Shown: positions 9,679 through 19,325 of the stretch, one piece after another
Position numbering within the stretch: position 1 is the stretch's first letter
How the letters are laid out: each line of letters starts with the position of its first letter
NCBI GenBank assembly: GCA_003696775.1
Contig: RFFS01000116.1
Location: 1-57,694, forward strand
Length of the DNA stretch: 57,694 bases
From: Calditrichota bacterium
GTDB lineage: Bacteria > Calditrichota > Calditrichia > Calditrichales > J004
Direction: 5' to 3'
Position numbers and translations under genes: made by a program
Notes under the pieces: model-generated
Told to the model about the DNA's origin: nothing
Seen by the model: only the letters and a program-made list of their open reading frames with translations
Databases searched by the model: none

Positions 9679-10782
9679 ATGCTGGCAGAATTCCTGTACC
9701 AATTTAAAGATGTTTTCTTTGGCTTTAATGTGTTCCGTTACATCACGGTGCGGGCCACATTGTCGGCGATAACGGCGCTGGTGTTTGCCTTATGGCTGGG
9801 CCCCAAAATCATTGCCATGCTTCGGAACCGGCAGATTGGGGAAGAAATCCGCACCAACGGCCCGGAAAGCCATAAGGCCAAAAAGGGCACGCCGACCATG
9901 GGCGGGCTGATCATTTTGCTGGCCATAGTGTCCGGAACCTTACTGTGGGCCGATTTGAGCAACATGTATCTGCTGCTGACCTTTCTGGCTACCCTGAGCA
10001 TGGGCATCATCGGTTTTGCCGACGATTACCTGAAATCCATACTGAAGATGAAACGCGGCTTAATCGGCCGATATAAGCTGATCGGCCAAATCACGCTGGG
10101 ATTGATGGTGGGACTGGTGATCGTTTTTCATCCCTATTTCGAGGGCATTCACACCAATACGAGCATCCCGTTCCTTAAAAATTACGAACTGGATTTCGGT
10201 TACTTTTACATTTTTATCGTGGTGTTTGTCATTACCGGCGCTTCCAACGCGGTGAATCTGACCGACGGCCTGGACGGGCTGGCGGCGGGTTTATCGGCCA
10301 TCGCCTTTATCGCCCTGGCCGGCATCGCCTACGTGACCAGTAACGTCAATTTCAGCAATTATCTGAATATCATCTATCTGGCAGGCAGCGAGGAACTGGT
10401 AATCTTTTGCATGGCTGTATTCGGGGCGTCCATCGGCTTTTTGTGGTACAACGCCTATCCGGCGCAGGTTTTCATGGGCGATACCGGATCGCTTGCCCTG
10501 GGCAGCGCGCTGGGCACGGTGGCGGTTTTGCTGAAAAAGGAACTGTTGCTGTTGATGATCGCCGGGATTTTCATCGCCGAGGCGCTATCGGTGATTATAC
10601 AGACCGGTTATTTCAAATATACCCGAAAGAAGTACGGTGAGGGGCGTCGTGTCTTTCGCATGGCGCCGTTGCACCATCATTTTGAGTTGAAAGGCTGGCA
10701 TGAGGTGAAGGTGGTTTTCCGCTTTTTGATCGTGGGGATTTTGCTGGCTTTGCTAAGTTTGACGACATTTAAAACACAATAA
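9679..10782 (+). CDS. mraY: Phospho-MurNAc-pentapeptide transferase MraY
   Basis: KKGTPTMGG, DD, NAVNLTDGLDGL, FMGDTGS, APLHHHFE. Confidence 0.98.
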   Translation: MLAEFLYQFKDVFFGFNVFRYITVRATLSAITALVFALWLGPKIIAMLRNRQIGEEIRTNGPESHKAKKGTPTMGGLIILLAIVSGTLLWADLSNMYLLLTFLATLSMGIIGFADDYLKSILKMKRGLIGRYKLIGQITLGLMVGLVIVFHPYFEGIHTNTSIPFLKNYELDFGYFYIFIVVFVITGASNAVNLTDGLDGLAAGLSAIAFIALAGIAYVTSNVNFSNYLNIIYLAGSEELVIFCMAVFGASIGFLWYNAYPAQVFMGDTGSLALGSALGTVAVLLKKELLLLMIAGIFIAEALSVIIQTGYFKYTRKKYGEGRRVFRMAPLHHHFELKGWHEVKVVFRFLIVGILLALLSLTTFKTQ

Positions 10783-10837
10783 ACGGGATACCGGCGCTTT
10801 AGCAGGTAATCCGTTAAAAACGAACGGAACGTATTCA

Positions 10838-12163
10838 ATGGATGTCAGGGGAAAACATATCACCGTACTCGGCGCGGCACGTAGCGGCGTGGCGGCGGCG
10901 TTGTTGTTGCATGCGCACGGCGCGCGGGTGTTTGTAAGCGATATGGCGCCCGAAGCACATAAAGCCGACGCGGCCCGGCAATTAAAGGAAGCGGGTATCG
11001 AATATGAGTTCGGTCTGCATAGCGGACGTGTTTTTCAAAGTCAGGCGGTTGTGTTAAGCCCCGGCATACCCTACGCCACCACCGTGGTGCAAGCGCTGGT
11101 TAAAAATGATATCCCCGTCGTATCGGAAATCGAGGCCGCATGGTGGTTTAATAAATCGCCGCTGATCGGTGTAACCGGTTCCAACGGGAAAACAACCACA
11201 ACCACCTTAATCGGCGCCATGCTGCGGCAAAAGGAACCGGAAAGTATTGTGGCCGGGAATATCGGCACCCCATTCAGCGCCCTGGTGGAGCAAACGGCGC
11301 CCGGTCGTTGGGCGGTGGTGGAGCTTTCCAGTTTTCAATTGGAAACCATCCGCACGTTTAAACCGCGTGTGGCCGTGGTTCTGAATTTTTCACCCAATCA
11401 TTTAAACCGCTACCCGTCTTATGAGGCGTATCAGGATGCCAAATGGCGTATAACGATGCGTTGCGATGCCGATGACCTGTTGGTGTATAACGCGGATGAC
11501 CCCTTGCTGGCGGAACGGGCCGTCCGGCATTCGGCGCGGACGGCGGCTTTCTCGTTACACGAACAGGCCGACGCCAGTTTGGTGGAAGGAGAGTTGTTTT
11601 TGCGGGGCCGTGCCTTGCTGCCGGTTGCGGAGATGGGCCTGAAAGGCAAACACAATTATATGAATGCCCTGGCCGCGGCTCTGGCTGCTTCGGAAGCGGG
11701 CGTAAGCGATGCGCAAATCGCGGCGACCCTGCGTCAGTTCACCGGCCTGGAACACCGGCTGGAACAGGTACGCACGGTGGATGATGTCCTTTATGTGAAT
11801 GATTCCAAGGCGACCACGGTGGAATCCCTTTACTGGGCGCTGCAAAGTTTTGATGCACCGGTGATTTTAATAGCCGGCGGGCAGGACAAGGGCAGCGATT
11901 TCACGCGTTTGAATGATCTGATACGCAAGCATGTGCGACGGGTGATTTTAATCGGCACGGCAGCGGATAAAATGGAAGCCGCCTGGCAGGGCGTAACAGA
12001 GCTGGAACGCGCGGGAAACATGGAAGAAGCCGTGCAAAAGGCCCGCGCAGGAGCACAACGCGGCGATGTAGTGCTCTTGTCACCGGCCTGCGCCAGTTTC
12101 GACATGTTTGACGATTACGAGGCGCGGGGGCGCATCTTTAAAAATATTGTAAAAGGGCTCTGA
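10838..12163 (+). CDS. murD: UDP-MurNAc-L-Ala:D-Glu ligase MurD
   Basis: GAARSG, TGSNGKTTT, ELSSFQL, HRLE, NDSKAT, SPACASFD. Confidence 0.97.
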   Translation: MDVRGKHITVLGAARSGVAAALLLHAHGARVFVSDMAPEAHKADAARQLKEAGIEYEFGLHSGRVFQSQAVVLSPGIPYATTVVQALVKNDIPVVSEIEAAWWFNKSPLIGVTGSNGKTTTTTLIGAMLRQKEPESIVAGNIGTPFSALVEQTAPGRWAVVELSSFQLETIRTFKPRVAVVLNFSPNHLNRYPSYEAYQDAKWRITMRCDADDLLVYNADDPLLAERAVRHSARTAAFSLHEQADASLVEGELFLRGRALLPVAEMGLKGKHNYMNALAAALAASEAGVSDAQIAATLRQFTGLEHRLEQVRTVDDVLYVNDSKATTVESLYWALQSFDAPVILIAGGQDKGSDFTRLNDLIRKHVRRVILIGTAADKMEAAWQGVTELERAGNMEEAVQKARAGAQRGDVVLLSPACASFDMFDDYEARGRIFKNIVKGL

Positions 12164-12164
12164 T

Positions 12165-13334
12165 ATGAAAACAACACAAAGCGTGGACAGGCTGATCGGT
12201 ATAATCACCATCTTGTTGATTGTTCTGGGGCCGTTGATGGTTTTTTCTTCCAGCACGGTTTACGCCGGGGCGCTGAAAAAGCCGCAAGCCTATTTTTTTG
12301 AAGCGCAATTAAAATGGGACCTGATTGCCGTGGTGTTTTTGCTGGTATTTTCACGATTGCCCCTTAACTGGCTTAAAAAACAATGGGTGATTCTCGGGGT
12401 GAATGGGGCTTCGATTGTATTGCTGGCCGGTCTTTTTATCTTCGGAAAAACCATCAATGGCGCTACGCGGTGGTACCATTTGGGGTTTGTGAATTTTCAG
12501 CCTTCGGAATTAACCAAATTGGCCCTTATCTTGTTCTTTGCCGATCGTTTGACGCGGCCGGGTTTGGAAAAAGGCGATTATAAACAAACGGCCCTGCCTA
12601 TGTTTGCCTGGCTGGGTCTGAGCATGCTGCTGATCTTAAAACAACCCGATTTGGGCACGGCGCTGGTGATTGGCATGATCGGAGTGGCGATGATGTTTGT
12701 CAGCCGTCTGCGTTTACGTTATATCGTGTTATCGATTTTACCGGCTTTTCCGCTACTAGCGCTTTACCTGGGGCGGGGCGGCTATCAGGCGGAACGCATC
12801 AAAAGCTGGTTTTTGGGATTGCACGATCCCATGCACGGCCCGGATCAGGTAATGCAGTCCATTGTGGGGCTGGCCAACGGTGGCGTGACCGGCGTGGGGT
12901 TCGGCGAAAGCCGGCAAAAATTACTTTTTTTACCGGAAGCGCATACGGATTTCATTTTTTCGATTATTTCGGAAGAATTCGGATTGATAGGCGGCACATT
13001 GATTTTACTGGCCTTTTTAACATTGGTTATCCGCGGCCTAAGAGTGGCCCGTCGTGCGCCGGACGCCTTTAGCAGTTTCGTGGCATACGGTATCTCGATA
13101 TATGTGGGCCTGTACGCGTTTATGAATGTGGCGGTGGTTACAGGCGTGATGCCCACCACCGGACTGCCCCTGCCGTTTATCAGTTACGGCGGTTCCCATT
13201 TGATTTTTATGTCGATAGCCATGGGCGTACTACTCTCCATTAGCCGGGAAACAACCCCGGTGGAAAATCATGCGTCGGATACCAAACGGTTTGGAAAGGC
13301 GCAAAGTCGGTTTACGCAAAGTCTGGTGCGCTAA
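12165..13334 (+). CDS. ftsW: SEDS glycosyltransferase FtsW
   Basis: GATRW, FQPSE..K, QPDLGT, LPEAHTDFIF, LPFISYGGS; polytopic membrane protein. Confidence 0.95.
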   Translation: MKTTQSVDRLIGIITILLIVLGPLMVFSSSTVYAGALKKPQAYFFEAQLKWDLIAVVFLLVFSRLPLNWLKKQWVILGVNGASIVLLAGLFIFGKTINGATRWYHLGFVNFQPSELTKLALILFFADRLTRPGLEKGDYKQTALPMFAWLGLSMLLILKQPDLGTALVIGMIGVAMMFVSRLRLRYIVLSILPAFPLLALYLGRGGYQAERIKSWFLGLHDPMHGPDQVMQSIVGLANGGVTGVGFGESRQKLLFLPEAHTDFIFSIISEEFGLIGGTLILLAFLTLVIRGLRVARRAPDAFSSFVAYGISIYVGLYAFMNVAVVTGVMPTTGLPLPFISYGGSHLIFMSIAMGVLLSISRETTPVENHASDTKRFGKAQSRFTQSLVR

Positions 13335-14444
13335 ATGGCATTACGTATTGCTTTTGCCGGGGGTGGCACGGGCGGGCATCTGTACCCGGCACGCAATCTG
13401 TTAAACGTCTTTGAAAAGAAAACCACCTGCGAGGCGGTCTTCTTCGGAACACCCCGCGGGATTGAAGCGCGCAAGGTGCCGGAATGGGGCTACCCGCTGC
13501 ACCTGCTGCCCGTACGCGGATTTAAACGCGGTCTGGCGGCGGAAAACCTGCTTTTCCCCTGGTATCTGTGGCAGTCGTTGCGTAGCAGCCGACGGATTCT
13601 TAAACGATTTGACCCGCATCTCGTAATTGGCACGGGAGGCTATGTCATGGGACCTGTGGTCAGGGAAGCGGTGCGTTTGGGGTTTTTAACCGTCTTACAG
13701 GAGCAGAATAGTTATCCCGGTGTCACCACCAGGTGGCTCGCTGCCCGGGTTCGGCGGGTATATGGCGCCTATCCGGAAACATGTGAAGCCTTGAAAAAAG
13801 CGGGCGACTGCCGGGTATATGCCAATCCGGTTGTATTGGCGCGCCCCCTGCCCCCCCAGGCGGAAGCGCGCGAGACGTTGGGTTTAGAGGCGGATCGGCA
13901 AACCGTGCTGATTTTCGGCGGCAGCCTGGGAGCGCAAAGCATCAATCGCGCGGTGTATGCCTGGCTTGGCAAGGGGCTGCCCGAAGATGTGCAGGTGATA
14001 TGGCAAACGGGACGCACCGATTACGCGCGTTATTCCGGACAGTACGCCGCGCAAAAAAATATCCGGGTTACGGCGTTTATCGAAGATATGGCCCGTGCCT
14101 ATGCCGCGGCCGACTTTGCCATTTGCCGTGCCGGAGCCATGAGTCTGGCGGAATTGGGCGTGGCCGGTGTGCCGGCTATTGTGGTGCCTTATCCCCATGC
14201 GGCAGCGGATCATCAAATGAAGAACGCCCGGGTTTTGGAAAAACGCGGCGCGGTTCAGGTTATCCCTGATGATGACGCGCTGACCGGGACGCTTGAAGCG
14301 GCTGTGACCAACTGGCTGATGAACCCGCAAATCGTAAAGGAACATGCCCGTAACATGCTGCAGACCGGTGATCCGGAAGCAGCGGAACACATGGTGGATG
14401 AAATTTTGCGGTTGTTGGAAGAAAAAGGAATATGGAACGGATGA
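13335..14444 (+). CDS. murG: GlcNAc transferase MurG
   Basis: GGGTGGH, GTGGY, EQN, GGSLGA, RAGA, HQ..NA. Confidence 0.96.
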   Translation: MALRIAFAGGGTGGHLYPARNLLNVFEKKTTCEAVFFGTPRGIEARKVPEWGYPLHLLPVRGFKRGLAAENLLFPWYLWQSLRSSRRILKRFDPHLVIGTGGYVMGPVVREAVRLGFLTVLQEQNSYPGVTTRWLAARVRRVYGAYPETCEALKKAGDCRVYANPVVLARPLPPQAEARETLGLEADRQTVLIFGGSLGAQSINRAVYAWLGKGLPEDVQVIWQTGRTDYARYSGQYAAQKNIRVTAFIEDMARAYAAADFAICRAGAMSLAELGVAGVPAIVVPYPHAAADHQMKNARVLEKRGAVQVIPDDDALTGTLEAAVTNWLMNPQIVKEHARNMLQTGDPEAAEHMVDEILRLLEEKGIWNG

Positions 14445-15817
14445 AAGCGGACAAATCGATTTATTTTACCGGCATTGGCGGCGCGGGCATGAGCGCCCTG
14501 GCCGAATTGCTGCGCCAATGGGGCTATAAGGTGTCCGGTTCCGACCGGCAGGAAAGCCCGGTTACCGAACGGTTACGGGCGCAGGGTATTACCGTGCATA
14601 TCGGACATGAAGCGGCCCATGTGCAACAGGCGCGCCTGTTGGTTTATTCCGCCGCGGTAGCCCCGGATAACCCGGAATTGCGGGCGGCCCGTGAAATGGG
14701 CATCCCTGCCGTCAAACGCGCGGCTTTGCTGGGCCAGTTGATGACCGGGAAAAAGGGGATCGCGGTCGCCGGCACGCATGGTAAAACCACAACCACTTCC
14801 ATGATCAGTCATCTGTTCCGGGAATGCGGCCTGCGCCCCACCGCTGTATTGGGCGGAACCTTAAGCGATAGCGGCCGTGGCGCCATGGCCGGTGACGGCA
14901 ACTGGTTCATCACCGAGGCCGATGAATACGACCGTTCGTTTTTAACACTTTATCCGTTGATCAGTATCGTCAATAATCTGGAAGCGGATCATCTGGAAAT
15001 TTACGGCGATGTACGGCATCTGACCCGGGCCTTCGGCGAATTTATCAGCCATACACCCTTAACGGGACAGGTGATTTATAACGGCGAAGACCCCCTGGTG
15101 CACGAAGCGGTGCGCGGCGCCTATGGCGATACTCTTTCGTTCGGGTTAACTCCGGAGATGGACGTTTATGCCACGGATATCCGGGTTACAGAAAACGGTA
15201 CCCGTTGCACGGTTGTCCATGACGGTAAGGAACAGGGAACATTGGAAATAAAATTGCCGGGCAGGCATAATGTGCGCAACGCGCTGGCCGCCCTGGCTGC
15301 CGGTAGCTGCGCAGGACTGAAATTTGAAGAGATGGCCAGAGCCCTGGCCGGATTTGGAGGCGTGGATCGGCGCTTTCAATTTAAGGGGGAAGCAGGCGGC
15401 GCGCTTTTTTACGATGATTACGCCCATCACCCCACGGAAGTGCGCGCGGCGCTGGAAGCGGCGCGTAGTGGTTGGCAACGACGGATTGTAGCGGTATTTC
15501 AACCGCATTTGTTCAGCCGCACGCGTGATTTTGCCGGGGATTTCGCCGCGGCGCTCGATTTGGCCGATACGGTTATTCTGGCGCCCATCTATCCGGCGCG
15601 GGAAGAACCGCTGCCCGGTGTAACATCGGAAAGGATTGCCCGGGAGATGCAACGCAAAGCGCTGCTGGCCGGCTCGCGGGAAGAAACCATCGCCCTGATC
15701 CAATCCGTTTGTGCCCCGAATGACCTTGTGTTGGTCATGGGCGCGGGCAATATCTGGAGCTTTGCCGCCGAAGCCATGAACCGGCTTAAACAACGGGAAA
15801 CGGGAGAAACATCGTGA
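14441..15817 (+). CDS. murC: UDP-MurNAc:L-Ala ligase MurC (alternative start 14432)
   Basis: GIGGAGMS, AGTHGKTTT, EADEYD, DDYAHHPTE, FQPH; ATGA overlap with the murG stop. Confidence 0.97.
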   Translation: MKADKSIYFTGIGGAGMSALAELLRQWGYKVSGSDRQESPVTERLRAQGITVHIGHEAAHVQQARLLVYSAAVAPDNPELRAAREMGIPAVKRAALLGQLMTGKKGIAVAGTHGKTTTTSMISHLFRECGLRPTAVLGGTLSDSGRGAMAGDGNWFITEADEYDRSFLTLYPLISIVNNLEADHLEIYGDVRHLTRAFGEFISHTPLTGQVIYNGEDPLVHEAVRGAYGDTLSFGLTPEMDVYATDIRVTENGTRCTVVHDGKEQGTLEIKLPGRHNVRNALAALAAGSCAGLKFEEMARALAGFGGVDRRFQFKGEAGGALFYDDYAHHPTEVRAALEAARSGWQRRIVAVFQPHLFSRTRDFAGDFAAALDLADTVILAPIYPAREEPLPGVTSERIAREMQRKALLAGSREETIALIQSVCAPNDLVLVMGAGNIWSFAAEAMNRLKQRETGETS

Positions 15818-16647
15818 AACGCACCACCAAACGTCCCGCCGGTAAACGACCGGCCGCTTATCGTCAAAAAAAACGCAGACTCAAAAACGGTGTGTGGTAT
15901 GTCATCATGCTGGTAAGTCTGTCCCTGCTGGCCTGGGGTTATAACTCCATCACCCGTTATTTAAACACGGCAAAGGCCACATTCGAACTGGAACAGATCG
16001 AAATCAGCGGAAATAAAGTACTTTCACGGGCCGAAATTTTAAAACAACTGGGACTGCCGGAAAAGGGGATGCGTCTGTTGGAGATAGACCCGGCCACGGT
16101 ACGGGAAAAATTAAGCAAACTGCCTTTTGTTAAAAATGTAACGGCGGTACACAGCCTGCCTGCCACCCTGCGCATCCGGGTGGAAGAAAGACGTCCGGTG
16201 GCTTATGTGTACGGACGCGGATTGAATCTAATCGACAAAGAAGGGTTTCTTTTGCCGTTGCCGGCCGGGCCGTTGACCTGGAATTTGCCGGTTATCAGCC
16301 ATATTCCGGAAAAACTGGGTGTTCAGGGCGCTTATACCACTGCGCCCATGTTGCGCAAGGCTGTGGCTATGGTGGCATTTATCAATCACCTGCAGGCGCC
16401 GCTTCCGGAACTGGTTTCCGAGCTTGATTTTAGATCGCGGGAGTATCTGCGTATTACGTTAAGCCAGGGTGCGCGCGAATTACGGGTGGATTATGACAAC
16501 TATCCGCGTCAGCTCTATAAGGCGGCCGGTTTCTTCCGCGATTATGTGGATTTTACTCCTTCGGCCATGCTGGCCTATGTGGACGCCCGTTTTGAAAATC
16601 AGATTGTAACAAAAATAAAAGCAAAAGCTAAACAGGTAACAAAATGA
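15814..16647 (+). CDS. ftsQ: Cell division protein FtsQ/DivIB
   Basis: Basic N-terminal tail, one TM segment, POTRA-like region (ISGN...I.V.ER.P), YVDARF; lies directly before ftsA. Confidence 0.88.
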   Translation: MKRTTKRPAGKRPAAYRQKKRRLKNGVWYVIMLVSLSLLAWGYNSITRYLNTAKATFELEQIEISGNKVLSRAEILKQLGLPEKGMRLLEIDPATVREKLSKLPFVKNVTAVHSLPATLRIRVEERRPVAYVYGRGLNLIDKEGFLLPLPAGPLTWNLPVISHIPEKLGVQGAYTTAPMLRKAVAMVAFINHLQAPLPELVSELDFRSREYLRITLSQGARELRVDYDNYPRQLYKAAGFFRDYVDFTPSAMLAYVDARFENQIVTKIKAKAKQVTK

Positions 16648-17876
16648 GAAAAGATGACATCATCGTCGGGCTGGATATCGGCACAACGAAAATTGCGGCA
16701 GTCGTGGGGCGCCTGGATGAATACGGCAGGCTGAACATCGTCGGTGTGGGGCAATCGCCCTCGCAGGGCTTGCGTCGCGGAGTGGTGATTAATATCCAAC
16801 AAACCGTCGAATCGATCCGCCGCGCAGTGGAAGAAGCGGAATTGATGGCCGGGCAGCGTATCAAAACGGTGTATGCCGGCATTGCCGGTGATCATATCCG
16901 CTCCATCAACAGCAAGGGCGTCATTTCCATCACCAACGAAGATATGGTGATTACCGAACGGGACATAGAACGGGTACTCGATGTAGCCCGGGCCATCGCC
17001 CTGCCCATGGACAGAGAAGTGTTGCATGTGCTGCCGCAGGAATATGCCGTGGATTCCCAGTTGGGCATCAAAGACCCCATAGGCATGTCCGGCACCCGGC
17101 TCGAAGCGGAGGTGCATATTGTAACCGCCGCTGCGGCCGCCGCGCAAAACATTGTAAACTGCATTCGTCAGGCGGGCTATGAAGTGGCGGATATTGTGCT
17201 GGAACCCTACGCCTCGAGCCTTGCTGTGTTGGAAGATGACGAACGGTCTCTGGGGGTGGGCATCATTGATATCGGTGGTGGAACGACGGACATTGCCATT
17301 TTTTTTGAGGGCAGCATCCGCTTTACCTCGGTGATCGGTCTGGGAGGCGAACATGTTACAAGCGACATTTCCCACGGATTGCGCACGTCCCATGATCAGG
17401 CGGAGGAAATCAAGAAAAAATACGGAGTGGCGGATCAAAGCCTGTTACAGGCGGATGAGTTGATTCAGGTGCCCGGCGTGGGAGGTCGCAAACCGCGCGA
17501 GATATCGCGGGCGGTGCTTTCGGGCATCATCCAGCCGCGTATGACGGAAATGCTGGCTCTGGCCATGCGCGAAATGCAAAAATCCAAAATTGTGGAATAC
17601 CTGGGCGCGGGCGTGGTGTTTACCGGCGGCGCCGCCATGCTGGAAGGTTTGGATGTACTGGCGGAAAAAGAACTGGGCCTGCCGGTACAAATCGGCAAGC
17701 CGCGGATCAGCGGTGGTCTGGTGGAAAGCGTGGACAGCCCGATGTACGCCACAGGCGTGGGCCTGCTGCGCTATGCTATTGAAAATGAAGATTATGTGGC
17801 TTATGAAGAAGGCGAAAAAGGCATGCAATGGATCCTCAATCGATTGAAGAAATTTTTTGATGATCTGTTTCAGTAA
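16644..17876 (+). CDS. ftsA: Cell division protein FtsA
   Basis: LDIGTTKI, DIGGGTTD, TGG, C-terminal amphipathic helix. Confidence 0.97.
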   Translation: MRKDDIIVGLDIGTTKIAAVVGRLDEYGRLNIVGVGQSPSQGLRRGVVINIQQTVESIRRAVEEAELMAGQRIKTVYAGIAGDHIRSINSKGVISITNEDMVITERDIERVLDVARAIALPMDREVLHVLPQEYAVDSQLGIKDPIGMSGTRLEAEVHIVTAAAAAAQNIVNCIRQAGYEVADIVLEPYASSLAVLEDDERSLGVGIIDIGGGTTDIAIFFEGSIRFTSVIGLGGEHVTSDISHGLRTSHDQAEEIKKKYGVADQSLLQADELIQVPGVGGRKPREISRAVLSGIIQPRMTEMLALAMREMQKSKIVEYLGAGVVFTGGAAMLEGLDVLAEKELGLPVQIGKPRISGGLVESVDSPMYATGVGLLRYAIENEDYVAYEEGEKGMQWILNRLKKFFDDLFQ

Positions 17877-17930
17877 AGGATAAAGATAAATAAAGAAAAC
17901 AGGATTGTTTCATAAAAACGGGAGAAAGAG

Positions 17931-19139
17931 ATGATACAATTTGACGCGACTGCCGAACAGGCAGCAAAGATCAAGGTCGTCGGTGTGGGCGGCGCGGGCG
18001 GAAACGCGGTGAAGGGAATGATTGAAGCCGGACTTTCCGGCGTGGAATTCATCATTGTTAATACGGATGCGCAGGACCTGGAAAAAAATCCGGCGCCGAA
18101 TAAGATTCAGATCGGTAAATCGTTGACCAAGGGATTGGGCGCCGGCGCCAATCCGGAATTTGGTTTTCGTGCCATAGAGGAAGATAAGGAAGTTGTGGTG
18201 AACGCCTTGAATGGGGCGGACATGGTGTTTGTGACCTGCGGCATGGGCGGCGGAACGGGCACGGGCGCGGCGCCGGTGGTGGCGGAAGTGGCCAAGGACC
18301 TGGGCGCGTTAACCGTGGGTATTGTAACCACGCCGTTTATGTTTGAAGGCCCGGTACGTTCCCGCAATGCCGATAAGGGCATCCAGGCCATGCGCGAACG
18401 GGTGGATACCATGCTGGTTATCCCCAATGAACGCATTTTTACCATCATCGACAAAAACACCACCGTGATCGATGCCTTTAAAACCGTTGATTCCATTTTG
18501 TTGGAAGCGACCCGCAGTATTTCCGATCTGATCAATGTGCATGGTTACATCAATCTCGATTTTGCCGATGTACGTACGATTATGGCCGGCATGGGCGATG
18601 CCCTGATGGGCAGTGGCGTTTCGAGTGGTGAAAATCGCGCCCTGATCGCCGCCGAGCAGGCGATAACCAGTCCCTTGCTGGATGGCGCGGAAATCAGCGG
18701 GGCGCGTGGCGTGCTGATCAACATCACCGGTAATAAGTCCGTCAGTATGTTTGAAATAGGTGAAGCGGCCACCCTTATACAACAGGCCAGCGGCGACGGC
18801 GCCAATGTAATTTGGGGGATGGTGCTGGATGAAGACATGGGTGACCAGTTGCGCGTAACGGTGATCGCCACCGGTTTTAACCGTGACGCCCAGTTGGCGG
18901 ATCAACTGCAAAAACCGAAAGCCACTGTGGAAAAAAGCATCAGCAGCGGTAAGGATTTTAAGCCGAACGATTTTGATGAATTGGATAAACCCACGTATAT
19001 CCGCGAGAAGAAAAAAAGCACGCCGGTCAATCGCAGCGGCGCGCTGAACCTCTTTGCGTTTGAAGATGAGGAACCCTCCCTGCCCGACGGGCCCGATAAC
19101 CTGGATATCCCCACATTCTTACGCAAACAAGTAGATTAA
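17931..19139 (+). CDS. ftsZ: Cell division GTPase FtsZ
   Basis: GVGGAGGNAV, GMGGGTGTG, NLDFADV, C-terminal LDIPTFLR. Confidence 0.99.
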   Translation: MIQFDATAEQAAKIKVVGVGGAGGNAVKGMIEAGLSGVEFIIVNTDAQDLEKNPAPNKIQIGKSLTKGLGAGANPEFGFRAIEEDKEVVVNALNGADMVFVTCGMGGGTGTGAAPVVAEVAKDLGALTVGIVTTPFMFEGPVRSRNADKGIQAMRERVDTMLVIPNERIFTIIDKNTTVIDAFKTVDSILLEATRSISDLINVHGYINLDFADVRTIMAGMGDALMGSGVSSGENRALIAAEQAITSPLLDGAEISGARGVLINITGNKSVSMFEIGEAATLIQQASGDGANVIWGMVLDEDMGDQLRVTVIATGFNRDAQLADQLQKPKATVEKSISSGKDFKPNDFDELDKPTYIREKKKSTPVNRSGALNLFAFEDEEPSLPDGPDNLDIPTFLRKQVD

Positions 19140-19182
19140 ATGAAACAATCCGAATGAAAGAGTCCTCCCGTCTCTTTCAAAC

Positions 19183-19215
19183 AGACCCCGGGGCATGCCG
19201 GGGTCTTTATTTTTT
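19183..19215 (+). terminator. Intrinsic terminator of the dcw operon
   Basis: 9-bp stem AGACCCCGG/CCGGGGTCT, 6-nt loop, then TTATTTTTT. A second 8-bp hairpin lies just upstream at 19155-19179. Confidence 0.85.
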
Positions 19216-19325
19216 CTTAACGGTATCCTGCCGGATAACATTTTACAAATTCCGGCGGTAGTGACTTATTAACCCTGATTCACTTGGTATTTACTCCCGA
19301 TCATCCACGTTTAACCCTATTGCTT

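Noticed and set aside
10782-10816. Imperfect hairpin between mraY and murD
   Set aside because: Mismatched stem with no U-tract; no role can be assigned.
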